Source: a virus
IMG/VR virus record: IMGVR_UViG_3300010885_036069
Coordinates: 1 to 64,000 of that record
Strand: one strand, 5' to 3'
DNA: 64,000 nt
Part shown: positions 46,701-55,698 of the stretch, in pieces
Layout of the letters: every line of letters starts with the position of its first letter
Position numbering within the stretch: position 1 is the stretch's first letter
Position numbers and translations under genes: made by a program
The notes under the pieces: model-generated
The model's database searches: none
Seen by the model: the letters and a program-made list of their open reading frames with translations, nothing else
Told to the model about the DNA's origin: nothing

Positions 46701-48551
46701 GATCCAGATGCACTTCCAATGCTCATTAAGATCATTGAAGATAACGATAATCCAGACATAACGACCGAAGTTAGGATTCCGATCTTTGCTTCTCGGGAAG
46801 AAGCCGAATCTGTTGCACTTTTAATCGCAATTGCGCGAGATCAAAATCTTGAAGACTCGGATCGACTAACCGCTGGTGATTTTGTTAACTGGTCTGGAGC
46901 TGAACTTTTTTTTCAGGAAAAGGGTATTCAGATTGAGTTAAGTCGCTCTATTGGTGGTCAAAAAGAATCTGCTGATGTTCCGGATGTCACGTCAGATGCT
47001 GGTATTGCAGTTGGCGGAATGAGCGCTGAAGAAATCCAAGAAAAAAATAAGAAAATTCTTAATGAGTTGGAAGTGGCTGGTTCCAGTTTTGGACGTATTG
47101 ATGAGGATTACAAGAGAGCGCAAGAACAAGCCGCGGCTGAAGGACGAGTTAACTCCCTTCATGTCCCGAAAACCCGTGAAGAAGCAATAGAAGCACGAAG
47201 AGAAACAACATCAGCCACAATCACTGCTGTTCGTGCTTACTTGGAAACCGGTGAACTCACTCCATGGAATGGCCGTGTTGGTATTAGTGAGTCTGATGCA
47301 GGGGCCTTAGACAACATGCCGCAAGCCTTACGGGAACTAATACTCACATCTACTGATGATGATTTAAACGACATGATCCTCAGTCAAGCAACACGAATGC
47401 AGGAAGAAGTGAAGGCGGGACGTATCCGTGTCAACGTGACAGATTCACGATTAGGTGCTGTTGTTGAAGATGGAGAATATAAGACGGTTTTTTCTGGCGC
47501 TCTAACGGATAATGCAAGAGTTGCTGGACGCGAGCAAATAGATGCTCGTATTTTGGGTATTCCAAGTGACATAGCGCCAGAACTTCACCCCGCATCCGGC
47601 TATGCCATCACCAGAGAACAAGGTCAGGCGGTGCGGGGAGATGGAGATGTTGAAGATACGGAACTCGCGTCCAAGTTGACGGGTATTGGTGGAACCTACG
47701 GAGATGTTGTATTTGAGTTGAAGCCCGAGGTCGCTGACCGAACATCGTGGAGTCTTGGTGACAGTATGAATGCCAAGGGTCCCGGTGTCGTCCGAATGGA
47801 TGAGGATGATCCCGAATACATCGCAGCCGTAATGATCAACGGAAGCGGCACGAAGAAACCACAAAATGTTGTACTCAACATGCTGGAAAGTGAACGCAAC
47901 GAAACGACATTGACAGCATCCGTCAGCAGACTCGGCGGGATTCCCGCTGCCAAAAGTCCAAATGAAGTTTCAGGCGCCGGTCATGACTACATCGAAACTA
48001 ACATTGCTGGAAGTTTCAATCTTGACGAAGTAGATTCAATTCGAGTCCCAAGCATTGAAACACTGAAGAAATCTGCCCTCCCTGTCGAAAGTGATGCCGA
48101 TGATTTGATTGACGGGAGATTTATGGAAAGGCAAAAGTTGGAGGCTGCCGGTATGACCGAAGGGCAGATTGCCTACATACTTGAGTTGAAAGAATCAGAT
48201 CCCAGTGCTTACAGGGAATATCTTCAAGACCAAAGACTCCAAAGCCTTGTTTACGCAGAACAAGTAGATAAGTTCGGAAAAAGCCTGTCCGAGAAGCATG
48301 GAGTGAGGCTTCTCATCGGGGATGAAGGGCGCAGTCCCGAGCAAGAAGTAGAGAAGCGACTTGAAAAAGTAAAACCCTTTTATGACACCCTTGCTAGAGA
48401 TGTTGATGCAGCGATAGCCAGTCGAGACGAAGATGCTCGTCGGATTGTTGAAGGTTTGCCAACTTTGGCCCAAGAAAGTCAAGCGGCACGAGAGGCTGAA
48501 GAAGCCCGAATTGCTGCCGGTGGCGGCTTAGACGTTGGAGGTCTTGGTTAA
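43701..48551 (+). CDS. Modular protein 2: two leader+GNAT-like modules and a DUF3626/ART-like C-terminus
   Basis: Two DxDxDGWxQEGT leaders, two GATHWPKVGFDW; YGDVVFELKPEVADRTSWSLGDS, YIETNIAG. Confidence 0.75.
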   Translation: MSIFESSWDKIEIKKIPGSLGTPNAPSGPGRPRKLIPAVFDPKSADADSDGWRQEGTTARWYGLVPSNPIYKTVLRNLEKIKDPEGTTDWLPVGMTNLDEWLGTIDEIENHRLRAPKVELSTREADLSFIAGQVDLRARQAQASGREAPNIASETRRAAAWVKGREIQRRRFGKADEFFSDADQSVIVKADQLIEDLKKQRIERDAKIKQIVQLDPEVAKLAREFDPTKYAESRMELWEWSDLNEEEYPPPVRGDFETERDYLDAVTQWNAESNDRWIDYENGYQGDSPGDELDNLVANVFDFSFTSTEGDDYYVQVDYIDDVTQEGMKLHFSIRTEGEGSSHGYPDGTQVGNLERSLNFYQGTVYHEIFMLDEDVRGGQISGIINARNEQIYEAMGIRQISVSATSSQSMNGATHWPKVGFDWGDSMERDSYMKVIEKALDAFASDLEDNPDELPWVILARDANDIKVPIFASREEAEIVRALVERAKTEQFDDPDRLTAGDLVNWAGAEAWFKQSRVTGHLVKPVGSSGKNPAVKWLIIEPEYKAVVKPNKPNLPNTPKKPSVGGGAPKPRALKPAVFDPRSVDVDNDGWHQEGTTAAWFGAGLNNPVVKELQDALGKLGDDDRESSYNAMIATGGYGIFEGAPTPEASTAEADLAWLGGKIVLNEQQRESWMSGPPPPRVGGADRSLEAQWLHGREEARRRGGVREQVIPTPEIEKLDDETVFQAIDKAITARQERRAILDAKTRIKSDDAVSSESIEKAQNFKVDDYPPADGYEVADYTEWSKTSYEPRPEAMDYPLGGTPEEFEAYEASVAETMRWSADSWDAWIEFQREHEDLANSDLRGATKELFEFEFIGNNGKTYSTRVDRVVQSAIELDSGEEGTMFGINGVFLDEDGNQVGFFDRSFYPDLGMVTHNHLVIDQGERGSQVSGIFNSRNEILYQEMGYHTIGVGAMSGAGYNGATHWPKVGFDWVDEDQRSLTLGAVEDALTEFALAIKEDPDALPMLIKIIEDNDNPDITTEVRIPIFASREEAESVALLIAIARDQNLEDSDRLTAGDFVNWSGAELFFQEKGIQIELSRSIGGQKESADVPDVTSDAGIAVGGMSAEEIQEKNKKILNELEVAGSSFGRIDEDYKRAQEQAAAEGRVNSLHVPKTREEAIEARRETTSATITAVRAYLETGELTPWNGRVGISESDAGALDNMPQALRELILTSTDDDLNDMILSQATRMQEEVKAGRIRVNVTDSRLGAVVEDGEYKTVFSGALTDNARVAGREQIDARILGIPSDIAPELHPASGYAITREQGQAVRGDGDVEDTELASKLTGIGGTYGDVVFELKPEVADRTSWSLGDSMNAKGPGVVRMDEDDPEYIAAVMINGSGTKKPQNVVLNMLESERNETTLTASVSRLGGIPAAKSPNEVSGAGHDYIETNIAGSFNLDEVDSIRVPSIETLKKSALPVESDADDLIDGRFMERQKLEAAGMTEGQIAYILELKESDPSAYREYLQDQRLQSLVYAEQVDKFGKSLSEKHGVRLLIGDEGRSPEQEVEKRLEKVKPFYDTLARDVDAAIASRDEDARRIVEGLPTLAQESQAAREAEEARIAAGGGLDVGGLG

Positions 48552-48553
48552 TT

Positions 48554-51500
48554 ATGGTTAAGCAGCAAATGATTGAAGTCGCAAAAACTTCAGATGCCAA
48601 AATCTATTTCATAATCAATCCAAAAGACATTGACAGTGATGGCGTAGTCATTAGGGGTAAAGAAACGGAGTATGTCCGATTTTGGTCGTATGTGACTCGC
48701 CTTGGTTCTGAACTTGTTCCGTTAACCAATAATGAATTTCTTAAATCTTTATGGATGTCAAATCTAAAAAGAAACAGCAAAAACTGGGCAAAAGCAAGCG
48801 AGGACTGGACTAAGAAGTTTCTCAATAGGGAAGTTGAATTCACCAGAGAAGAACTGAAATCAATAAGAACAAGTTTGATTCCAACTCCAATTGGTGAAAC
48901 TTCCAGTGGGGTCAAAAAGCAAGTTAGGCGTCGAGTCCTTTCTAAGAAAATCCTCCTTGAACAGATTGAACTCAAGGCCGTCAACAAGCCAAATCTCCCC
49001 AATACACCGAGCAAGCCAGGTTTGGGCGGGGGCGCTCCAAGCGCTCGCGTACTAAAGCCTGCGGTGTTTGATCCTCGTTCAGTAGATGTTGATAGCGACG
49101 GATGGCATCAAGAAGGCACTACCGCAGCCTGGTTTGGTGCTGGACTAAACAATCCGATTGTTGAATCTCTTAGGTCAGAAATGAGGCTAATCCAAGGGGC
49201 CGGAAATGCAGATTTAACCCATATGGCCAATTTGAACCAGTCGTACTTTAGTGATGCGCCCCCACCGCTGGGTTCAACCCTTGAAGCGGATTTATCTTGG
49301 CTTGGGGGCAAGCTCCTTAAAGCAAATGTGACGGACCCCGGCATGATAGAGGGTCGGTGGCTCGTTGGACGAGAGCAGGTTCGCAAGCAGAGTGGAATTA
49401 GAGAGGAGATCCTTCCAACTCCAGACATTTCTGAACTCAGCGATTCCGACATTATGGAGAATCTTGAGCAGATAATTGATGCTCGCAAGAAGGCGAGAGT
49501 TGCTAAAGACGCTAAAACTCGCATTATGGCCTCCGACAATTTGAGCGATGAGGCCGCAGGCGCCGCTAAAGATTTTGACTTTGATGCGATCAACCCTGAC
49601 GATGCCGATGAAGTTGCCCGAGCAATGTTCAATTTTGAATTTGTTGGGATGGATGATCAAAAGTATTCAGTTGAATTGGGTAAGAGTTATCTCCAGAGAG
49701 ATGATTATCAAGGCAGGCGCCTCACGATTAGCGGAAAAATTTTCAAAGACGGGAAAGAAGTTGGATTCTTTGACCGGACTATCTATTTAGACAAAAAAAC
49801 AGTTGCCCATGACCATATGCATCTTGACGAAGAGGTTCGCGGAGCGCAGATTTCAGGAATTATTAATTCTCGGAATGAATTGGTTTATCGCTCTTTGGGA
49901 TGCGATGCAATATCAACCAAAGCAACTAGCAATATCGGATACAACGGAGCAACACATTGGCCCAAGGTTGGATTTGACTGGGAGGATGATTATGCCCGTG
50001 AAGTTTATTTTGCTTCTATTGATTCTGCGTTGACTAAATTTGCTCTAGGAATTTCTGAAGAACCAGACGCATTGCCAATGATGATGAAATATGATGACAG
50101 TACTGGTTCATTTGTAAATCTTCCAATTTTTGCATCGCGAGAAGAGGCTGAAGAGGTTGCTCTTCTCTTAACCCTTGCTCGGACTCAAAGTATGGATGAT
50201 CCAGATCGACTTACATCTGGAGATTTAGTGAACTGGTCTGGTGCTGAATCATGGTTCCAAATCAACAATATTGAAGGAAATCTAGTTCGCAACATTGGTG
50301 GGCAGGAGGACATTGCGGATGTCCCTGAAGTCGCTGATATTCCCGAAGTTTCCAAACCCGAAATTCCGGCCAAAATGTCAAAACGCCCTAACTGGCTCAC
50401 TATGGAAATATTTAGTGAAGATCTTGAGGTGGCGATTTCTGAAATTCCAGAACAGAAATTGAAAAATGAAAAAGTACAAAAACTTATAGCGGATCTTAGA
50501 TATAGAGGTGAAAGTGCCTTCTTTTTTGGGGACTCCAATGGCAATGATACCTTTTTCCCTGGTGATCCAGAAGCGGATGAACCAGAAAAGGGCGCTCCTT
50601 TTGCAGAAAATTTAAACTTTGTTATTGATGAAGTTATCAGCGTAGGAGCAGATTCTATGAACTCTTATGTTAATTGGCTTACTGCAAGGGAACAGCAGAC
50701 TTATCGAATGGAACTTTTCGCTTCTGGGGAGCGGGATGAATTATATGACTTTGGAACAAAAGATGGTGATTTACTCAGTGTTGATGTGGACAAAGTTGTA
50801 ACAATGGCGCTTGATCCCACCGCTGATGAAGATCGCATCAAAGAGAGTGAGATTGAACTTCTTGATCTCCAAAGCAAGATGGTTGAAAGACTTGGGCGAC
50901 CAGGTGCAGAGTGGAGACATATTTCTTTCATTAACGGCAGTGGCAAAGAAGTCACCATGGTTAGGGGCATTGATTTTAACAAAGAGCAAGAAATGAAGGC
51001 TGCAATTGCACATGGCATTGGAAGTCTCATGGCTGACGAACTTAGTGTTGAGGAAATGATTGTCATGATTTACTTTATTGGTGCAGGATATGAGGCTGAA
51101 ATTTCTGATGAAACCCTTAATGACTTTGTGAGCAATTTCGGGAAAGGAGGCAAGGATCGACTTGCAATGACGCCTGAAGGCAGGGTTGAGCGGGGATGGC
51201 CTGGAACCAATAGCGATCAAGCAATTTCTCCCCTTTCGCCAGATTACAAAAAATTTATGGGTGAGTATATTGCCGATCAGTTGCTTGGAGCGTGGGCGCA
51301 TTCATCAAATAGCGGACTTGCGCTTGGAATTCAAAGTGCGGTAGAGCAAATTTTTGGTCAAAAGGATGGTGTTCGTTCATTTAAAATTTCAAACGATGAT
51401 CCTGAAATTACGAATGTGTATGAAGAGTTTGTAAAAGCGCAATACTTAATAACTCAGACAATGTTCAGAGATGCTGGGATAACAAAAATAACTACCCATC

Positions 51501-52048
51501 GAGGTATGATGTGGCACTCCAGCAAGGATAATCCGCTTGATTCCAATGCTGTCGGTAGGAATGCTTTTCTAGTTATTGAGGATGCGGAAGTAGCACTTCA
51601 GCCCGTTTCGTCAACTTCGTTCAACAGGAAAATTGCATATGGCTTTGCTGGAATGCGTGGTGAGGATACTTTGTCCGTGGTGGTCCATTCCGATACACCA
51701 GTTGAAAGGATTCTCTCTTCAGCATTTACGGGGATCGGGTGTCTAATCGAGAACGAACTAACGCTAATTGGCGGTGGAGACACAAGATTTAATCTTTCTG
51801 CAAGTTCCGGTATGCGTATTGATGCTGCCAAGGGAAATCTTATTGGAGCAGTTATTGACAGGTTCCGCAATGGTGAAACAATTGAAATTAGTGCTGCTGA
51901 GCGACTTAAAAATGCTGGCTATAGTGAGGAAGAAATCAAAAAAATCCAAGATTACATGACTAGGAATTCTGGGAAATTTCCCAATATTCTCCAAATTAGG
52001 GATATTCTCAGTGGCAAAATGCCTGAAAGTAACTTTGACTTAATGTAA
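48554..52048 (+). CDS. Modular protein 3: leader + GNAT-like module + ADP-ribosyltransferase (R-S-E) domain
   Basis: DVDSDGWHQEGT; GATHWPKVGFDW; THRGM...SSTSFN...ENEL. Confidence 0.75.
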   Translation: MVKQQMIEVAKTSDAKIYFIINPKDIDSDGVVIRGKETEYVRFWSYVTRLGSELVPLTNNEFLKSLWMSNLKRNSKNWAKASEDWTKKFLNREVEFTREELKSIRTSLIPTPIGETSSGVKKQVRRRVLSKKILLEQIELKAVNKPNLPNTPSKPGLGGGAPSARVLKPAVFDPRSVDVDSDGWHQEGTTAAWFGAGLNNPIVESLRSEMRLIQGAGNADLTHMANLNQSYFSDAPPPLGSTLEADLSWLGGKLLKANVTDPGMIEGRWLVGREQVRKQSGIREEILPTPDISELSDSDIMENLEQIIDARKKARVAKDAKTRIMASDNLSDEAAGAAKDFDFDAINPDDADEVARAMFNFEFVGMDDQKYSVELGKSYLQRDDYQGRRLTISGKIFKDGKEVGFFDRTIYLDKKTVAHDHMHLDEEVRGAQISGIINSRNELVYRSLGCDAISTKATSNIGYNGATHWPKVGFDWEDDYAREVYFASIDSALTKFALGISEEPDALPMMMKYDDSTGSFVNLPIFASREEAEEVALLLTLARTQSMDDPDRLTSGDLVNWSGAESWFQINNIEGNLVRNIGGQEDIADVPEVADIPEVSKPEIPAKMSKRPNWLTMEIFSEDLEVAISEIPEQKLKNEKVQKLIADLRYRGESAFFFGDSNGNDTFFPGDPEADEPEKGAPFAENLNFVIDEVISVGADSMNSYVNWLTAREQQTYRMELFASGERDELYDFGTKDGDLLSVDVDKVVTMALDPTADEDRIKESEIELLDLQSKMVERLGRPGAEWRHISFINGSGKEVTMVRGIDFNKEQEMKAAIAHGIGSLMADELSVEEMIVMIYFIGAGYEAEISDETLNDFVSNFGKGGKDRLAMTPEGRVERGWPGTNSDQAISPLSPDYKKFMGEYIADQLLGAWAHSSNSGLALGIQSAVEQIFGQKDGVRSFKISNDDPEITNVYEEFVKAQYLITQTMFRDAGITKITTHRGMMWHSSKDNPLDSNAVGRNAFLVIEDAEVALQPVSSTSFNRKIAYGFAGMRGEDTLSVVVHSDTPVERILSSAFTGIGCLIENELTLIGGGDTRFNLSASSGMRIDAAKGNLIGAVIDRFRNGETIEISAAERLKNAGYSEEEIKKIQDYMTRNSGKFPNILQIRDILSGKMPESNFDLM

Positions 52049-52058
52049 GGATTGAATC

Positions 52059-52391
52059 ATGAAAAAAAATGACAGTGAAATTTACCTTCAAGATGAAGAT
52101 TGGATCAAGCGCGGCAAGTGGGATTTGAATGTAACTAAACTTGACCAATTCTTTACCGTGATTGGTGCAGGGATTGCGGGAAACCCTAAGACTGTTGCTG
52201 GGTTCATTGAAAGTCCGGTGGCCCTGAATATGCCCGATTGGCTCGTTGTGGATGTGGTCAATCATCTAGATGAGAACAAAAAGGGCGATGCAGTGCCTGA
52301 CGAAATCCGATCCAGATTCAATAAACTCACCAAGTCCGATCAATCCAAAGAACCCCAAAAGCGTCGTGTAGTATTAAAAAATGACCGCTGA
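52059..52391 (+). CDS. Small protein after the ART gene (candidate partner)
   Basis: DEDWIKRGKWDL...FIESPVALNMP. Confidence 0.6.
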   Translation: MKKNDSEIYLQDEDWIKRGKWDLNVTKLDQFFTVIGAGIAGNPKTVAGFIESPVALNMPDWLVVDVVNHLDENKKGDAVPDEIRSRFNKLTKSDQSKEPQKRRVVLKNDR

Positions 52392-53022
52392 ACTTAGCAT
52401 TGAGTTTTGCAAGGATCTTACGAAAGAGGCCAAAGAGTCTCTCGTGAGGGAGGAGGGCATTGGTTCTGATATAGCCCCATGTGTCATAGCCTTTGATGAG
52501 AACTCAGAATGTCTTGGCTGGGCGCAAATGATTGAAAGCGCAGACGATCGACTAGATCAGTACCAGCGACTAGCGCTTGTGGCCGGAATGATGCGGTCCG
52601 GGTGGCACGCCGATGCTGTTGCCCTCGTAGTTGAGGGATACATGATGATTGGCGATAGCGAGGGCGAAGAGAGTCTTGCAAAGCTCTTCGCTGCTGGCGA
52701 TCAAAATGTTCATGAGTGCATTTCCATTGTCTATGGGAACTCCTCTGGAGAAATGAGAGCCACAAGCATCCCCTACAAGCAGGAACTCGGGCGAAAAATC
52801 ACTTGGCTCACCGAGTCTGTTCAGGTCGTAGATGAAGGTGCAAGCGGATCTTTCATTGAAGTAATTAGATATCTATTTGATGTTGTTGAAATGATCCCAT
52901 GGCCCACTGAGGGTTCTCCAGCGAGGTACATGACCGCCGTCGCTTCGCAGATGGGTGAGCATGGATTTATGCTCGTTTGCGGGATCCCAGGCACCGTTAC
53001 CGACTGGGATTCTCCCTCCTAG
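52381..53022 (+). CDS. Hypothetical protein
   Basis: 213-aa overlapping ORF. Confidence 0.7.
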   Translation: MTAELSIEFCKDLTKEAKESLVREEGIGSDIAPCVIAFDENSECLGWAQMIESADDRLDQYQRLALVAGMMRSGWHADAVALVVEGYMMIGDSEGEESLAKLFAAGDQNVHECISIVYGNSSGEMRATSIPYKQELGRKITWLTESVQVVDEGASGSFIEVIRYLFDVVEMIPWPTEGSPARYMTAVASQMGEHGFMLVCGIPGTVTDWDSPS

Positions 53023-53036
53023 TCTATAATTTACCT

Positions 53037-53210
53037 ATGGGTAAAGGTAAGGGCAGTTCAAATCGAGCAGGTGAGAGGACTCGGAAAAATCCTCTCACCG
53101 GAGAAATTGAGAAAGTTGCCGGCACCAAAGCCGGAAGGGGGCGTATGCGCGAGGCTCCAAACTCGCCACTTCGCACCCATGACCGCAATCAGGTAAAAAA
53201 ACCCTCCTAA
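53037..53210 (+). CDS. Small basic protein
   Basis: TATAAT just upstream of ATG (leaderless); Lys/Arg/Gly-rich. Confidence 0.5.
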   Translation: MGKGKGSSNRAGERTRKNPLTGEIEKVAGTKAGRGRMREAPNSPLRTHDRNQVKKPS

Positions 53211-53286
53211 TCAAGATAATTCTTGACTTTGACCTGTGAATCAGTAAGTATCTAGTGACCGAATAAATAACCCAAGGAGTCTTGGG

Positions 53287-53514
53287 ATGTTCAGTAAGTT
53301 GAAGTGCCTTCTATCTACCATTAACCAGAAGTCACAAGATGAGCCAATCATCCTTGTGGTGTTAGCACTGTTTTTATTGATGTTTGTTTGCCTATTGTTG
53401 CTTATCGTGCTTCTGGCAGTCAAACTCCTAGGAATTCTATTTATCCCCGTTGTTTCCTTACTTGGGGCCATATCCATGGTTCTGATTGAGCGATTTGGGG
53501 AGGAAAGCGAATAA
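53287..53514 (+). CDS. Small membrane protein
   Basis: Two TM segments; AAGGAG SD. Confidence 0.55.
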   Translation: MFSKLKCLLSTINQKSQDEPIILVVLALFLLMFVCLLLLIVLLAVKLLGILFIPVVSLLGAISMVLIERFGEESE

Positions 53515-53516
53515 GC

Positions 53517-54068
53517 GTGAACGAGGAAGCGACCGAGAATCCGTTTCTAACGGTTTGGATTGAGTTGAGTCGCCATGAACTTTTATCTGCTGCGGTCGGG
53601 GGCTGCCAGCGTCGAGTGACCTCAATGGAAGTTGCCAGACCTCAGTTCTATGGCGCCGACGAACGAAACAACTATTGGCAAATTGATATTCAGGGTGCAA
53701 TTGCTGAATATGCAGTAGCAAAGGCCTTTGATAAGTATTGGGAACCGGCAACTGATAAGTCGCTTAAATCGCTTCCTGGCGATGTTGGCTTCTACCAAAT
53801 TCGGTCAACTGCACATAAGACGGGTCAGCTCATAGTCCATAAGGCGGATGCTGATGATGTTCCGTTCATTCTTGCCATTGTTTCTGAGCCGTATGTGAAA
53901 CTTGCTGGATACCTCTACGGCGGTGAAGCAAAGGAAATTGGCGAGCAGCGAAAGTATGGATGCACTTGGGTTCCACAGGAAAAACTCCGTTCAGTGACGG
54001 AACTAATTGATTTCCCTCAAATGGATGGGGTTTCAATCAAGAAGGCAAAACATCGTCAAGCCCAGTAA
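53517..54068 (+). CDS. Phage protein, possible PD-(D/E)XK-like nuclease
   Basis: GAIAEYAVAK...PGDVG..QIRST. Confidence 0.6.
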   Translation: MNEEATENPFLTVWIELSRHELLSAAVGGCQRRVTSMEVARPQFYGADERNNYWQIDIQGAIAEYAVAKAFDKYWEPATDKSLKSLPGDVGFYQIRSTAHKTGQLIVHKADADDVPFILAIVSEPYVKLAGYLYGGEAKEIGEQRKYGCTWVPQEKLRSVTELIDFPQMDGVSIKKAKHRQAQ

Positions 54069-54597
54069 CGCTCGCAATAATTTCTCTTGGGACTCCGAGC
54101 CATGTCAGCAGTACGGCAAGTTTGTATGGGTTGGCAGTAAATAGCGTTATGAAAGATCCAGAGAAAGCGCCATCACTGTCTGAAAAAATTGCTGATGATG
54201 ACCCAGCCCAATCTTCACTTTTCCTGAGCCAACTTGAGAGATTCTGTGATGGATGTTGAGTTCTGGCGCTCCAGTCAAAACTGCCATCAGCAAGCAAACC
54301 ATCAATATCCCTGTCTTTGTCAGCGTCAAAGATTTCTTCAAGAAAGTCATTTGAAAATCGCGCAGACCAAAGTCCTTGCACCTCATCATTTGAAAAAGAC
54401 AAGCCCTCCGATGATGCAAGATGAATCGCTTCTTCAGTAATTTCAAATGGACCATCACTTGAAATTTCTACTCCGGCATCAGACGCTTTAAGCATGCGGA
54501 TTCCGGAGCCAGTTTCAATAGCAACATGTGGTTCAAACCAGCAAGGCCGAGTCAATACTGCATACAAATAACCATCTAGGGCTTTGTCTGAGTTCAT
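54037..54597 (-). CDS. Hypothetical protein
   Basis: 186-aa ORF. Confidence 0.6.
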   Translation of the reverse strand: MNSDKALDGYLYAVLTRPCWFEPHVAIETGSGIRMLKASDAGVEISSDGPFEITEEAIHLASSEGLSFSNDEVQGLWSARFSNDFLEEIFDADKDRDIDGLLADGSFDWSARTQHPSQNLSSWLRKSEDWAGSSSAIFSDSDGAFSGSFITLFTANPYKLAVLLTWLGVPREIIASVTGLDDVLPS

Positions 54598-54610
54598 GTG
54601 AGGAACCGTA

Positions 54611-54862
54611 TCAGAACTGGGAGTAGCCCCTCAATCCAGGTTCCGCCTGAGGACGCTCAACCTCTGGCCATTCTCCGTATTGAGTTTCGGGAATTTCAAA
54701 CTCTTCCTTGTTGCTTGAAATCAAAGACGCTCGAACTTGATCAATCCATGGCCAAGGCATGGAGAAGCAGCGCTTGGAAGAAACGAAAACTTCAATGCCA
54801 TCCTCTCCGAGGCGACACACGACGGTTCCATCTGGATTGCTCATATCGCATGTTTCTGACAT
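54611..54862 (-). CDS. Hypothetical protein
   Basis: 83-aa ORF in an operon. Confidence 0.5.
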   Translation of the reverse strand: MSETCDMSNPDGTVVCRLGEDGIEVFVSSKRCFSMPWPWIDQVRASLISSNKEEFEIPETQYGEWPEVERPQAEPGLRGYSQF

Positions 54863-54881
54863 GCCCGTATTTTAATACAGA

Positions 54882-54910
54882 AAAGACCCCTCACCGAAGT
54901 GAGGGGTCTT
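54882..54910. terminator. Intrinsic terminator downstream of rpf
   Basis: AAGACCCCTCAC-CGAA-GTGAGGGGTCTT (TTCG loop on the minus strand). Confidence 0.8.
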
Positions 54911-54940
54911 CCCTTTTGGGTGACTCTAGGGCATTACCGG

Positions 54941-55522
54941 CTAGAGCCAGCCAAATTTGCGGCTACAGCCCGGCCAAGCCTTCCAGCCCGATCCGGCAAG
55001 GACTCGCTCAGCGATCACAATCTGCTGTTCACGAGAGGCTTCCCAGGGGTGAGGTGCGAACTCGCCGCCGCCGTAGGACAGCCAAGTTGAGTATGAATGC
55101 TGGTGCATAAATTGGAGTCCGCCACCGAAACCGTTACCGGTGTTGGTCGCCCAATTACCCCCCGTTTCACACTGAGCCAACTGATCCCACCTGCTGCCAT
55201 CGCCCGAGTCGTAGTTCGGTTCCGTGGGTGGCGCTTTGGGTGCATTTGCGGCTCGCTGAGCGGCTGCAACTTTCTCCTGCTCGATCTTATTAAGTTCCGC
55301 AAGGTAGGCATCAAGATTTCGCTGTTGCTCAATTTCAGCGAAATAAGCCTCCACCGCTGCGGTGTCTTCCGGTGTTACTTCCGTGGTTGATGGAGCCGAT
55401 TGGGCTGCTGCAACTGCGGATCCTAAATCTCCTGCTTTCCGTGATGTTGTCATGATGCCAATCGACCCGACTAGAAATAGGACGACTGTAAAAACGGCAA
55501 TGTATAAACGATTGCTAAGCAT
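54941..55522 (-). CDS. rpf: Resuscitation-promoting factor (Rpf) transglycosylase, membrane-anchored
   Basis: WDQLAQCETGGNWATNTGNGFGGGLQF...ASREQQIVIAERVL...AWPGC; N-terminal TM. Confidence 0.92.
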   Translation of the reverse strand: MLSNRLYIAVFTVVLFLVGSIGIMTTSRKAGDLGSAVAAAQSAPSTTEVTPEDTAAVEAYFAEIEQQRNLDAYLAELNKIEQEKVAAAQRAANAPKAPPTEPNYDSGDGSRWDQLAQCETGGNWATNTGNGFGGGLQFMHQHSYSTWLSYGGGEFAPHPWEASREQQIVIAERVLAGSGWKAWPGCSRKFGWL

Positions 55523-55698
55523 GAACTTTTCCTTTGCTCGGGAATAAGAACTGATTCCAATTTGGAATCGTCACCAATCAGAAATCTCTCAGAGGCGACC
55601 CGTATAAGACGGTCAGAAAAGGCTAGCAAAGGGAATATCAGTATGCAAGAACGCCCACGCAAGCGACATAAAGTTTTTTGTGGTACTTGACAAAAGTA

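Noticed and set aside
55523-55660. c-di-AMP (ydaO) riboswitch upstream of rpf
   Set aside because: Conserved GCUGAAUCC / GGGGGAACC elements not found
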